Shown here one piece after another: positions 1 to 12,480 of a stretch of 64,000 nt of DNA (position 1 is the stretch's first letter; each line of letters starts with the position of its first letter). The position numbers were made by a program, and so were the translations under genes. The stretch spans positions 28,706,001-28,770,000 of the forward strand of contig OY740800.1 of NCBI GenBank assembly GCA_963514005.1. Direction: 5' to 3'. The stretch comes from Raja brachyura (Eukaryota). The notes beneath the pieces are model-generated. The model was not told the origin of the DNA and made no database searches. It saw nothing but the letters and a program-made list of their open reading frames with translations.

Positions 1-333
1 TTCAGTCTGAAGAAGGGTCTCAAACCGGTAGACACTCCCAACCTTTAGTGTCTACCCATGCAATTTGTGCGCCACTCATGGCTTTTGCAGCATTCCCACA
101 TCCTCGAATTACATCATCCAGCACTTCACACCCGACTCTCCAGCTGATGCCAAACCCAACTGCTAATTGCACCCCTTCCCACCATCACATCCCACCATCA
201 GCAGCTGAATTTTAACAGTGTTAAAAAGAAAATGCCGAAATGTAAATATGAGAATCGTTTATAAATATTGTGAAGGGCAGTGCAGGTAGAAGTGGCAGAA
301 CCGTGTGGAATGTGGTGGCTCTGATGACCTGGG

Positions 334-570
334 GATAGAAACATAGAAAATAGGTGCAGGAGTAGGCCATTCGGCCCTTCGAGCCTGCACCGCCATTCAA
401 TATGATCATGGCTGATCATCCAACTCGGTATCCCTTACCTGCCTTCTCTCCATACCCCCTGATCCCTTTAGCCACAAGTGCCACATCTAACTCCCTCTTA
501 AATATAGCCAATGAACTGGCCTCAACTACCTTCTGTGGCAGAGAATACACAGATTCACCACTCTCTGTGT
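334..570 (-). mobile_element. CR1 (HER1-like) LINE 3' fragment
   Basis: Translates to the CR1 ORF2 C-terminus (SLPQKVVEASSLAIFKRELDVAL), followed by a 3'UTR with a TTCTATGT-type tail. Nearly identical to 25090-25325. Confidence 0.85.
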
Positions 571-1619
571 GAGATTGTGGGATTATAGCCAAATTCAAAG
601 ACCACCCGTGGGCCCATCACATACCCAACACCCCCATCCGCGCTGTGACTTCCATGGCACCATCTTCAAAGATGTAAAGCACAAGGATGCTCTCCCCCTC
701 ACGTTGCATCGATCTGTTTTTAACTTTCTGTCACCAGCTCAGACACAGGTGACTATCTTTCAAAGATCTCTCCTTTGTGATAATAACTGGCTCGTGATGG
801 CTTTAAAACCTGGCATCTTGGAACCCTAAAGAGATAAGTTGCAGTATTTACATATTTCAAGCATATCTCGAGATTACAATATTTTGGCTCCTATGCTTAT
901 TGTGTCTGTGTCTGTGAATCCAGCCAATCCTATTCCCAAGCCTTTTCCCCATTCTCTCCAGTCCCTGCCTGGTGTGTTACATGAGCCTGTCTGTCTTGAG
1001 CATTCCCGTAGGATTGAGGATAGCTTGACCCCATGGGTTATATACGTTCTGATGTGCCCAATATGCCAGTGTGGGACCTGGGGGCAGAGGTCCCTGACAC
1101 AGTGCGGGTGGATAGATTGCGGTTTGAAGGGCTGCTTCTGCCATTTATGCTTGGCTTATTTGTCGCTTTGAACGGGTGTATTTGAGATTCACAATTCTAG
1201 CGCAAAGTCCATAGTCCACTGTTGTGCAATGATCCCTGCATCTAGGATAGGTGCTTCAATTCTCATGTTGGAGGCAGTCATCGCCTGGCAATGTTGTGGT
1301 GCCGATGTTTCCACCAATCCGTCCGTGCATGGATGTTATCTGGATCTTCATGGGCTGTTTCATTAGCTGAGGATCTGTGAAATGTACAATCATCATTGGC
1401 CATCCCCACTTCTAAGCTGTGGGGACCTATTCGTTAGGACCACGGCTTGCGTGATAACATGAAGTGGATACGAGAAGGAGATATTTGATTTGTGGGCAGT
1501 CAAATTGGTGGATTGAGCCAGTGCTAGGATTCGGGGACCAGAATCGCAGTGTGTAAACAACAGCAAGGGATAACTTTCTGTACTTACCGCAGCCAGACTT
1601 GCTTCACACGTTCACACGT

Positions 1620-2335
1620 GATGAATTGGGCCATTTGGCCCATCAAGTCTACTCCACCATTCAATCATGGCTGATCTATCGTTCCATCTTATCCCTATTC
1701 TCCTGCCTTCTCCCCTTAAGCCCTGACACCTGTACTAATCAAGAATCTATCTATCTCTGCCTTAAAAATATCCATTGACTTGGCCTCCACAACCTTCTAA
1801 TTCCACAGATTAACCACCTTCTGGGCATCCCATTCCAGGAAGGATGTTGAGGTTTCGGAAATGGTGCAGAGAAGTTTTGCCAGAACCATGCCTCGATTAG
1901 AGGGTGGTAGTTACAGGCAGAGGTTGGACAGACTTGGTTAGTTTTCTCTGGAATTACAGAGGTTGTGAGGGGACTTGATCGAGGTATATACAACGATGAG
2001 AGGCAAGGATAGGGTAGAGAGGCAGAATCGTTTTCCAAGCATGGAAAAATCAAATACTTTGGGGCACAGCTTTAGGGTGAGAGGGACCAGGTTTTTTTGC
2101 AGGCAGGTGTTTTGCATGGAGGGTGGCAAGTGCCTGGAACATGTTGCTGGAGGTGGTGGTGCGTAAGTTGATGGCATTTTTGAAAACTTCTGGATAGGCA
2201 TATAGATATACAGAGGATAGAATGATATGGGTTATGTGCTGGTAGATAAATGGTGGTCTTCGCATCATGTTCATCACAAACATTGTGAGCTAAAGGGCCT
2301 GTTCTAAAGATGTACTGTTCCATGTCCTATGTTCT
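1620..2335. mobile_element. Two CR1 3' fragments in opposite orientation (- 1620-1810, + 1820-2335)
   Basis: Contains RGDLIEVY, DRVE and GHSFRVRG-like motifs and CR1-type 3'UTRs. Confidence 0.75.
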
Positions 2336-3069
2336 GCTCAAGCTCTAATCACAGACCTGTTTCCATACTGCTCTTCCTAGTTTGATTTGCTGTGCCTTTC
2401 TGCAGATGAAGTTCTTTTCTGACTCCTACATTACCCTTTAAATTGCAAATCTTATTCACTCCAACTCTGTGTTCACTGTACTGGGCCTAGGGACGAGTTT
2501 TTTTTTCCTTTTGCCATTTCTTAGTTTCACCCATGTCAATTCTACATCCTGATTTTCCGAGCCAACTCCCTTTCTCCCTGGAATACTGGAATTTGTGGAA
2601 TCCACTTTTCATGAACAATCTCGTTGATGTGGACACCAATCTCTTGATAATAGGCTGGGTACTTTGTACTGAAATAACAGCGCCATTCTTTAAGATTTGA
2701 TTTACTTTGCATTTAATGATTATAGTCACAATTAGAACCATAGAGTTTTTGCATAATGGTATTTCCCTCCTACTCACGGGTCATTGGGGAATTAAAACAA
2801 TAACAAACAAGGCAGTGATTATTTTGAGAAAATAACTTTAGTTGATGGATTTGGACGGCATTTAGTTCGTGCAGATAGACCACAGGGACCAACGCACCAA
2901 TTTATTTAAACTGGGGCAGTGCAGATAACAACTTTTTAAGACAATGTTGAGGATGATTACTGTGAGAATCACTTAGTGCAGAAGTGAGAGAGAGTAAAGA
3001 GTCGTAAAGGTGATGGTATTTGGCAGGAACGTAATGACGAATGAGGGATATCCTTTTTAAAATGGAGAG

Positions 3070-3385
3070 GAGAGACTGCAAATGATTGGGACCAGAAAAG
3101 TGCTGAAGGAACTCAACGGGTCAGAGAGCATCTGTGAAGGGAAAGGGGGGTTACACAAAAAGCTGGAGAAACTCAGCGGGTGCAGCAGCATCTAAGGAGC
3201 GAAGGAGATAGGCGACGTTTCGGGTCGAGACCCTTCTTCAGACTTTAACAATGTGAAGGGAAAGGGATGGTCAACATTTTGGGTTGAGACTCCAATTTCC
3301 AGACCTGATGCAGGATCTCAACCCAAAACGTCAACCATCCCTTTGCCTCCATATATGCTGCTTGACCTGCTGAGTTCCTTCAGAC
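3070..3385. mobile_element. Old PLE pLTR fold-back containing a younger hammerhead-bearing pLTR insert (3148-3251)
   Basis: Inverted arms. The inner insert is flanked by TGTGAAGGGAAAGGG at 3133-3147 and 3252-3266. Confidence 0.75.
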
Positions 3386-3499
3386 GTGCTTAATCCTCTT
3401 GTCAACATAGCTTCCTGACTGCTGATTGTTGATGCAGATAGTCTATAGATTTCAACAGCCGGTCACTCTATGGCAAATGGGATAAGAAGGATATAATGG

Positions 3500-3710
3500 A
3501 ATTTGAATCTGTCCGGGGAGAGGGGGGACATGGACAAACCCACCCGGGAAGATGGGAGAGATGGGCAAATCTGTCTGGGGAGAGGGGGCAAATGGACAAA
3601 TCCACCCAAGAAGATGGGGCTGATGGACAAATCCACTCAGGAAGAGGGAAGAGATGGGCAAATCCACATAGGGAGAGGGGGTTATGGACAGATCTGCACT
3701 GCTGTAGGGG
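3500..3710 (+). repeat. Minisatellite, about 7 diverged copies of a ~31-bp unit
   Basis: An ATGG(A/G)CAAAT/C...GAGGGG unit recurs every ~30-31 nt. Confidence 0.8.
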
Positions 3711-4088
3711 AAAGAGATCTACCAGGCATTTCTAAGTATGGTGGGAAGCTCAAACTGTTGGGTGTTCCGGCCGTCTGGAATCACCTCTGTTGGTTGTTCG
3801 GGACTTTCTGAGCCGGCTCCCCTTCCCATTTCTTTTATCTTCTCCTCCCCCTACCCCACCCCCCCTCCCTTCCATTTCCCAGCTCGTGTCCTCATTACCT
3901 ACTTCCCCCAAAGAGATGCCAGTGTGTGTGCGCCTGCCTGCTCACTTAGTGATTGATGTTTGGAGCACCACCAGAGAGCAGTGTTCAGTTTGAGTCCACC
4001 ACACCCGCAGCAGAAAGATGGAACTCAACTACCTTGTTGGAATCTGGCAGGACCCAGCTGCAGGTATCACCTCTGTGTGGACCTGGCA

Positions 4089-4550
4089 GGGTGACAATGA
4101 TACAGCTGGTAGAGCCGCTGCCTCACAGCACTAGTGACCTGCTTCAATTCTGACCTTGGCTGCTGTCTGTGTGGAGTTTGCATGTTGTCCCTGTGATCCC
4201 AAATATTTGCGTGCCGGTGGGTTAAATGACCGCTGTAAATTGCCTCTCGCTGGTAGGGGAGAGGTAGAATCCGGGGGAGTTGGAAGGAATCAGGGGAAAG
4301 TAAGACAGACACTAAAAGCTGGAGTAACTCAGCGGGACAGGCAACATCACTGGAGAGAGGGAATTCCTTCTTTACTCCAGCTTTTTGTGTCTATCTTCAG
4401 TTTAAACCAGCATCTGCAGTTCCTTCTTACACAAGGAAAAGTAAAGTGGGTTGGGGTAGGATTAGTGCAAAGTTGTGGCTGATGGTGAATGGGGACTTGG
4501 TGGTTTGAAAAGACTGTTTCCGTGTTGTTTCTCCATGACTCTGACTCTAT
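4089..4550 (+). mobile_element. HE1-type V-SINE interrupted by a PLE pLTR fold-back (~4304-4432)
   Basis: tRNA-derived head, V-domain GCTGTCTGTGTGGAGTTTGCATGTT and CR1-like tail. The inner hairpin is flanked by imperfect (A/G)GAAAGTAA-like direct repeats. Confidence 0.75.
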
Positions 4551-5179
4551 CAGTTTAGTTGTGTGTGGGTGTGGGTGAGGGGGGGGGGGGGGGGGGGGTG
4601 GAGACAGACAGGCAGAGAGTTGATGGTGGGGACAGGGTGCATTGCCAAAATGATATAAATTCTCTGCAGAGCCCAGGCCAAAGTTTTATTTCTGAGCAAA
4701 CCTCTCAACTGATTCCACTCAACACCAGACTTTCTCCTGTTCTGGGATCAGTTAACACAGCACAAATACTCGACTCTGGGAAAGATCCCAAGTTTTTTTT
4801 TTGCATGAAAAAAAAGTGTTTTTCTGAACATGTGGAAAATATTAAATAAGATGCCTATTTAGTAACAGTACTGTGGAGATCCAGAGGGTAAAACGTTGAA
4901 TTTGACAGAACAGTAACGGTGTGTAACAATCAGGTCGGTGAGTACCTGAAATAGCTGCAGGTTAATATTTTGTATTTAAGCTGTTTATCAGTCAGAAGTC
5001 TGCTGTGCACTTCCTGCATGTTTGCGAGATATTTCTGAAGACCACTGTTGTGAAAATAATTCACAGGGATCCTGCGTTGGGAAGATTGAATTTCACTGTG
5101 ATCCGTGGTCTTTGAAGAAACCCCAGGTCCTGCCCAGGAAAGGTTTACGGCTCACATCGAGGCAGATGGTACCCGCGGT

Positions 5180-5770
5180 GTTCAATGGGGAAGCTTTAGA
5201 CTGTGGGAAGATGCAACTGGGGAGTTGCAGCAAGGAAATATACAATAAATGGGAGGATACTGAGAGGAATAGAGGGAGTGCAAGTCCACAGATCCCTGAA
5301 TGTAACAAGACAGATGATTAAAAAGACATGCAGGATGCTCTATTTATTATCTGCAGCAAGTTAACATGAGAGTAAGTGGTTTGTGTTTGAACTGTTCAGC
5401 CTTGTCTAAAGTCCTGCATACACTTCTGATCACCACATCATGGATAAGATCTGATTGCATTGGAGAGGGTGCAGAGGAGACTTGTGAGAAAGTTGCCAGG
5501 ACTGGAAAACTGTAGCTGTGGGGGAAAGGTTAGATCGAGAGCAGTTGTTTTATTAGGAGCACAAAACGGTTGTCGGAGATTTAATTGGGGTGTATAAAAT
5601 TGAGGGATTTTGATCGAATAAATGGCAAGCTTCTATTTCCCTTAACAAGAGGAGTCAAACACCTGACCACAGAGACTTAAAATAATTGGGAGAGAGATTC
5701 ATTGAGAAGATGGTAGATTCAGTAGTTGGTACGGGCACAAACCTTCCCTGCATTGAAAGTGCCCAGGTAT
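5180..5770 (+). mobile_element. Highly decayed CR1 fragment
   Basis: Contains TTGGAGAGGGTGCAGAGGAGA (LERVQRR) and a GDLIGVYKI-like segment. Confidence 0.65.
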
Positions 5771-6589
5771 GGTTGTGAGGAATGTGTAGGAAAGAACTGC
5801 AGAGGCTGGTTTAAATCGAAGATAGATGCTGCCTGTCCTGCTGAGTTACTCCAGCATTTTGTTCAGCAGAGTTAAGGATAGAACTCTGAAAGGTGGGTTT
5901 AGGTGGGGTAGCTTAGTTTGTTCAACCAGCACAGTCATAACAGGCCAAAATGGTTCGGACATCCTTTATTCTTGTTTGGTATCTGGATATCCCCCACATT
6001 TATTGCTCATCCTAGATCCCTCATGCAAAATATTTGATAACTTTTCCTGCGGCCTTGTCAGTTACCAAAGTTGGACTTGATTCAACTTTGAGTTTGGCTC
6101 AACAAGGAGCGACACAATGATCCAGAACCAAAATGAACATCAAATACCTCCCAACAACAAAATAAATGCTACAAACAGGTCGGGCAACATATGTAGAGGG
6201 AGAAATGTGGAGAGTGCATTTGAAGTCAAACTGCAAAATGAGTTTGAAATCAAATGTGTATTAAGTTGCAGGGAAACAGAGGAGTGAAGAAAACGGAGAG
6301 TGTGCGATGCGGTGGAGTCTAAGAGATGAAATGACACATGGTGGTGCTGGCTGTGAGCTTATTAATATCAGTTAATCTGTCAGGAGAAGGTGTGAATGAA
6401 GATAGATAAGAGTGACAAAACATTGGTCATTTATAATGGAATGACTGGAAGTCTTTTTTTTAAAATGGGATGCTTGAAATAACCAACAGGTCAGGCGGCA
6501 ATGTAGAGAGAGAAGAATTTTACATTACAGTATCATGGCCTTTCCTTAGAACTGAGCCATCTGATAAAATGAGGAAAGGCTGATTACAT

Positions 6590-6780
6590 GAAGTTGTTCA
6601 GTCAAGCTTCCTGACCTGCTGGAAAATGTATTGGGTCAGAGATTAGGTCCTGTTCTTTGAGCTTGTGTTGGGTTTCTGTTGAAACCGTGTCGGAGGCCAA
6701 AGAGGGAGAGCAAAGTAGAGGTGGGAAGGTAGAATTAAAGAGACAGGAAACCAGACATTCAGGGTTACCCTGCAAACTGA
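6590..6780 (-). mobile_element. Decayed Penelope GIY-YIG C-terminal fragment
   Basis: NPECLVSCLFNS...TETQHKLKEQDLI resembles the PLE consensus LPVAxHFNS...EAxRKLEEQHLIF. Confidence 0.55.
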
Positions 6781-6809
6781 TCATGCAGTTACACCAGGGT
6801 AAAGGAGAC

Positions 6810-7101
6810 CACTTTGGCGCAAGTGGAAGAAAGCTACCTTGCCGTGCCAGAGACCCAGGTTCAATCCTGACCTCTGGTGTTGTCTGTGTGGAGTTTGTAT
6901 ATTCTCCCTGTGACCAAATGGATTAATTTCTTTCCACATTCTAAAGTAGGTTAATTGGCCTCTGTAAATTACCCCAAATATGTAGGGAGTGGATGTGTAA
7001 GTGGGATAACGTGGAACTAGTAGAAATGGGTGATCGGTGTTAGATGTGGATTCAGTGTGCCAGAGGGCCTGCTTTACATGCTGTATCTCCAAAACTAAAA
7101 C
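6810..7101 (+). mobile_element. HE1-type V-SINE
   Basis: B box GGTTCAATCC, V-domain, and CTGTATCTC...ACTAAAAC tail. Confidence 0.8.
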
Positions 7102-7114
7102 TTCATCACAATAA

Positions 7115-7240
7115 AAGCACAGTAGATGTTGGTTTACAAAAAAAACCACACAAAGTGCTGGAGTAATTCAGCAGGTTAAGCAACATCTCTGGAGAATGTT
7201 GGTAGGTGACGTTTCGAGTTGGAACCCTTCGTCAGAGTAC
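7115..7240 (-). mobile_element. PLE pLTR fragment with an intact hammerhead core (7208-7235)
   Basis: Minus strand reads CTGACGA-A-GGGT-TCCA-ACTC-GAAAC-GTC. Confidence 0.7.
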
Positions 7241-7929
7241 TGAATGTTGAGAAACTTTTCTTGAGAAACTATTCTGTGCATCTGTTTTTAATAAAGTAAG
7301 ATGCTATCAACTGTTTTGTTGACCCGCTGAGTTACTCCAGCTCGTTTATTTCACTGTGCTTTAAGCCATCTTCAGCGAACCGTTCCGATTGACAAACTTT
7401 CACCACTGACTCTTCACCATCTGTGCCTTTGTCACCACCTGATCTCATACACAACCTCTTGTCTCTTTCATGCTCTCCCCTTAATTTCTGCTGTTTAAAA
7501 CACATTTCATTTGTAACTGCTCAGTATTTCTAACACTGTTTTTTGTTTTGGATTTCTAGTTTTCTACTCCATTGAAAACATCTGATAAAGTTACTGTGCA
7601 TCACTGTTTATCTTTTCATCGAATTTCTCAATCCGATTTAGCCCACCTGCCTTTATCACTTACTTGATGTCCACATCAATGATTTTAGTCCTAAAACAAA
7701 ACTTTCATGATATCTACAATTGAGTGAACTTTAGTAGAAATAATTTAATTTTGTTCTATTTGATTACTAGCAGTGAAGAATCACTGTGGCCCGATTATTT
7801 GATGACTTAATTAAAAAGGCAGGCAAGCCATCTGAAGAAGGGTCTCGATGCGATATGTCACCCATTCCTTCTCTCCAGAGATGCTGCCTTTCCCGCTGAG
7901 TTACTCCAGCATTTTGTGTCTATCTTCGG

Positions 7930-8545
7930 ATTACAGAATAATGAAAGGCACAGATAGAGTGGATGTGGAAAGGCTGTTTCCACTGGTGGGAGAGTCTAGG
8001 ACCAGAGGTCATAACCTCAGAATTAAAAGGCCCTCTTTTAGAAAGGAGGTGAGGACTATAACGTCTTTAGTCAGAGGGTAAATCTTTAGTTAATCTGTGG
8101 AACTCATTGCCGCAGAGGGCTGTGGAAGCCAAGTCAGTGGATATTTTTAAGGCAGTGGTAGACAAATTCTTGATTAGAACGGGTGTCAAGAGTTATGGGG
8201 ATAGGACAGGAAAATGGGATTAGGAAGCAGAGATCTGCCATGATTCAAGTCAAGTTTATTCGTCACATACACATACGGGACGTGCAGTGAAATGAAAAGT
8301 GGCAGTGCCTGCGGACTTTGTGCAAAAAACAAACAACCAACCAACAAACTACAAACAGAATCACATGTTCTTTGTCATATTAAATATTGTGGGCGGTATT
8401 GTGGTACAGTAAGTTAGTAGAGTTAGTCCCTGGTGAGATAGGAGTTTACGGGCCGAATGGCCTCTGGGAAGAAACTCCTTCTCATTGAATGGCAAAGAAG
8501 ACTTGATGGGCCGAATGGCCTAATTCTACTCCGATAACTTGTGAA
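7930..8545 (+). mobile_element. CR1 3' fragment with a nested minus-strand Rex1/Babar-like 3' fragment (8246-8483)
   Basis: Encodes IMKGTDRVDVERLFPLVGESRTRGHNLRIK. The CR1 3'UTR CATGATT|GAATGG is split by the insert, with ATT on both sides. Confidence 0.75.
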
Positions 8546-9914
8546 ACCAGCATCTGAAGTTCCTTCCTACACACGCAGGAAAACCTGTTGGGTCCAAAAC
8601 CTTTTAGGTCAGTTGATAATGACTGTACCCTTTGGTACACTTAAACGTACTTGGCCCTGAGTATGAAACTCTGAGAAGCTACGTGATGCATCTGCTTTTA
8701 ATAAAGATGAAGGTAAGGTGATTAATGACTGTTTTGTTGATAATATTAAAGCAGAGGTGAAAAGGCCACTACGTTGCACCAATAAGAAAACAGTCAACAT
8801 AACCAGTAACAGTAGGTTCAACCAGTGATGTTGGTGACACTACCAGGCACGTAAGAAAGCTACGTTACTACTTCCCCTGTGTTGAAGTTAATGGCCGGTC
8901 CTTTTAAAGGCAGCTGTAACTGCAAGAGGGTGGTAGCTAAAGGCAACATTGTAGGTGGAACAGGAGCTGATGCTAAACACTCACAGCTGCCACATGTCTA
9001 CTGCCTCCACAGTTCTCCACTTTTAAAGAGAGCACTAGGATAGCACAATAACCCCCGATCACAATTTTGCCACTGGTCGTTACAAAATAGAATTGCGGCA
9101 TGAAAACCTGCAAGATTAAATGTGATGTGTCGTAGTGTTGACCTATTTGTGGTGTGAGATGCTCTGGTCTAAGGAAGAGCAGCGTAGCAGCTTGTAACTA
9201 GCACCTCCCTTTGGAGGCAAGAAATAATTGGTTGCATTTGTCAATTAAATGTCTATGCGCCGTGCTCATACCAGACAGAAAGTTCTTGAGAATCAAACAG
9301 ATCAAATTACTTTGTGGGATGTTGAAGCCAAGCTTGTGTGGAGTTGATGTTTGTGCTGAGCTGTTGGAGCTGCGCTGTGGAGCAGAAGATGATCTAAACT
9401 GAGGTGGCATCGAGCCACACAAGAGTAAATTTGTCTTGGGCCATGGACAATGCAAGAACAGTTCTCCACCTACTTATGCATGACAACTCCCGGATTAAAT
9501 TACTGCTTGTTATTCCAATTATGTACAATTGGTTCTCAGTCACGGATTAAAGCAGCAGGTATTTTCTGAATACAATTGTTTTGCCTTGTATTGGAAATTG
9601 ACTGTTCCCGCAATTAACGAGGATCCTTGCAACATTCCATCACACAGCAGGCTCCTCTGATACTTAAACCTGCACCCCTGTTTTTGTCCAGCAAGCACCT
9701 ACTTTAAACCCATCACCTTCCCTCGTTTACCAATGCCTATCACTCCTATTTGACAAGTTCACTTTAGTTTGGTTAATATTTTAGAACAACATTCTGTGCA
9801 TAACCACTCACATCCGATATCTCTTGGGGTGTGGTGATGATCATTTTGTGACATGCCCTTTCTCTATTTACCTTGTAATCCTAAAAACCCAGGTCAATAT
9901 TTAATTAGCTCCGT

Positions 9915-10330
9915 CTGACCAAGTTGCCCAAACCGAGTTGGTCCTCCTTGCCTGGCCTATATCCTTCCAAATCTCTCCTATCCATGTACCTGTCCAGGTG
10001 CCTCTTAACTGTCATAATTACACCAGCTTCTATCACTTTCTCTGGCAATTTGTTCTGTACACCCATCACCCACTCTGTGAAGTGGTTGGCCTTCGTGTCC
10101 TTTTTAAATCTTTCCCATCTCACCTAAAATATATGCCCTCTACTTTTGTACTCGCCTACTCTGAGGTTGTGGCTGGATGGTGACTATATATTTAACCCCT
10201 AATGCCCCTAATGATTTTATAAACCTCTATGAGGTCATTCCTCAGAATCCTACAGTCTAGCCTATCCAGCCTCTTCTCTTAATTCTCACCCTCCAACCCC
10301 TATAACAGCTCTGTAAATCTTTTTTGCAAG
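9915..10330 (-). mobile_element. CR1 3' fragment
   Basis: Encodes NKLPEKVIEAGVIMTVKRHLDRYMDR. Confidence 0.75.
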
Positions 10331-10601
10331 AAGTAAATGCAGGATAATTCTCCAGGATAGACTATAAGTGGCCGATAGTTGCATTTAGGTTGCCAAACTT
10401 AATTGGCAGGACAATTGCCTAATCACCTCTACGCCCCGCTGGTTTGAATGTGTGTGTCCTTGTGTCAGTGCCAGTGTGAGTGCCATGCAGTACTAAAATG
10501 AGCTTGCACACTAGCATGCTCCGCTCACTAGTGGGTCAGCTGCCACCATGAGAGGCTGCCCGAGGCCACGAGGAAGATAAACCTAAAGCCTCTTTTTCTA
10601 A

Positions 10602-10822
10602 GAAAGACACAAAACCTGGAGTAACTCAGCGGGTCAGGCCAGACAGCATCTCTGGAGGAACAGAATAGGTGTCGTTTTGGTCTGAGACCCTTCTTGAAGA
10701 AGAAATCTGAAGAAGGATCTCAACCTGAAATGTCACCAATTCCTTGACCTGACCCGCTGAGTTACTCCAGCCTTTTGTGTCTATCTTCGCTTTAAACCAG
10801 CATCTGCAGTTCTTTCCTGCAC
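10602..10822. mobile_element. PLE pLTR fold-back element with a 14-bp TSD
   Basis: Inverted arms GACACAAAA..CTGGAGTAACTCAGCGGGTCAGG and CCTGACCCGCTGAGTTACTCCAG..TTTTGTGTC. GCCTCTTTTTCTAA at 10588-10601 and 10823-10836. Hammerhead-like core at 10707-10734. Confidence 0.8.
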
Positions 10823-12059
10823 GCCTCTTTTTCTAAACCAGCATCTGCAGTTCCTTGTATCTAAGTTAAAAGTCACTTGTGTGCTGTTACCTGTGGGAAG
10901 AATTTTAAATACATGGTTTAAAAATAGCATCTTTTCCTGATTTTGAGCAACTCTGTGAGTTGTTTGGTTACATTTCTGGTAAATCTTTCCAAGAGTATCA
11001 AATGTATTCAATAAAGAATTCTATCCATGTAGCATGTAACTGGCACTTCAGAACATTGCCGCTGACAAACTACTTTCAAAGCATAAGCATTGTTTTACCG
11101 ACAAGCGCTGCGCCTTGTTTGGAAACTGCCAGGTTACAGGTGAACAATTGGATCTTTTAGATCAGCAGGAATGTAGGTGTCACTACCCTGTTACTTGATT
11201 AGATGTTTTGATTGAGGAGGAATAAAAGATCTCAGATGCCAGAAAGCTAAAATATAAACATTGTGAGAAATACTGAACAGTTACAAATGAAACGGGTTTG
11301 AAACCACAGAAAGTAAGGGAAGGGCGTCAGGAAGGCGAGGCCAAGTGCGAGATTGGGTGGAGACAAGGTGGGGTTGAAAGGTAGCCGATGAATGTTGAAT
11401 GTCAGCACCTTAAACATTCTCTCCCTCTCTCTCCACCACCATCACACGATCTGTACCGAATGTCATCTGCAAACAGCTCTACCATGGCAGCATCCCCCCC
11501 CCACACCCCGGCATAGACAGACACCGCCACCCACAGATTCCCTCCAGCTCAAACGCTATCCTATCACGGTGAAAATGGAGGACTGTTCTACACCAGAAAT
11601 GCTGCATAATCCAGCACTGTCTCCAGGCCAGTTTGGGATGGGCAACATGCGCTGGCCTTGCCATCAGCGCTCATGCCATCATGTAAATGAGTTTAAAAGA
11701 AAGAAGAAGACCCATAACATGGCCTACCCAGTTCATCCACAGATGCTGCCTGACCTACTGAGTTATTCCAGCACTTTGTGTTTTGTTTAAAAGAAAGAAC
11801 AGTGGAATGTCCTTAAAGTGAAATTTGCCCTCTGACCCATTTCAAATTGTAGGAGTAAGTGCTGAGTGACTCTCAGAAGCTCAGTGCAGCCACCGTGAAG
11901 GCTCGGGGGAGGTCCACGATCTAGGAGGGGCAGAGTCCAATAGGCACACCCCTCAAACAAGGGAATGGATACAACTTCAGGGAGCCACACAGGTGACAAT
12001 GGTGTGTGTATAGAGAAGTGCGAAACCCACAGGGCTAACACTTGCTAACACTACTGTGG

Positions 12060-12480
12060 TTATCCACTGTAGTAAACACTGCCCAGTCCATCATCGGCTC
12101 TGACCTTCCTTCCATCGAGCGGAATTATCACAGTCACTGCGTCAAAAAGGCTGGCAGCATCATCAAGGACCCACACCACCCTGGCCACACACTCATCTCC
12201 CTGCTACCTTCGGGTAGAAGGTACAGGAGCCTGAAGACTGCAACAACCCGGTTTAGGAATAGCTACTTCCCCACAGCCATCAGGCTATTAAACTTGGCTC
12301 GGAACTCTGAACATTAATATCCCTCCATCTGTTATTTGCACTTTATTAATTTATTAATTCATGTGTGTATTTACGTATATAATTGTAGTCAATGCCTTCT
12401 ATGTTCTGTTGTGCTATGCAAAGAAAGATTTTCATTGTCCTGTCAGGGACACATGACAATAAACTCTTTTGACTTTTTTG
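12060..12480 (+). mobile_element. Rex1/Babar LINE 3' end
   Basis: SIIKDPHHPGHTLISLLPSGRRYRSLKTATTRFRNSYFPTAIRLLN is the typical Rex1/Babar ORF C-terminus. Tail ATGACAATAAAC..TTGACTT. Confidence 0.85.

Noticed and set aside
640-1090. Possible Penelope-like peptides (KDALP..., WVIYVLMCPIC)
   Set aside because: Too short and lacking the downstream YIG/R/EH motifs, so not supportable without an HMM search.
3500-3710. CRISPR-like array
   Set aside because: Eukaryotic context, diverged tandem units without unique spacers, and no cas genes.
10602-10822. pLTR fold-backs as pre-miRNAs or classical MITEs
   Set aside because: They are high-copy, have asymmetric arms and variable long TSDs, and are contiguous with a Penelope ORF end at 24890-25670.
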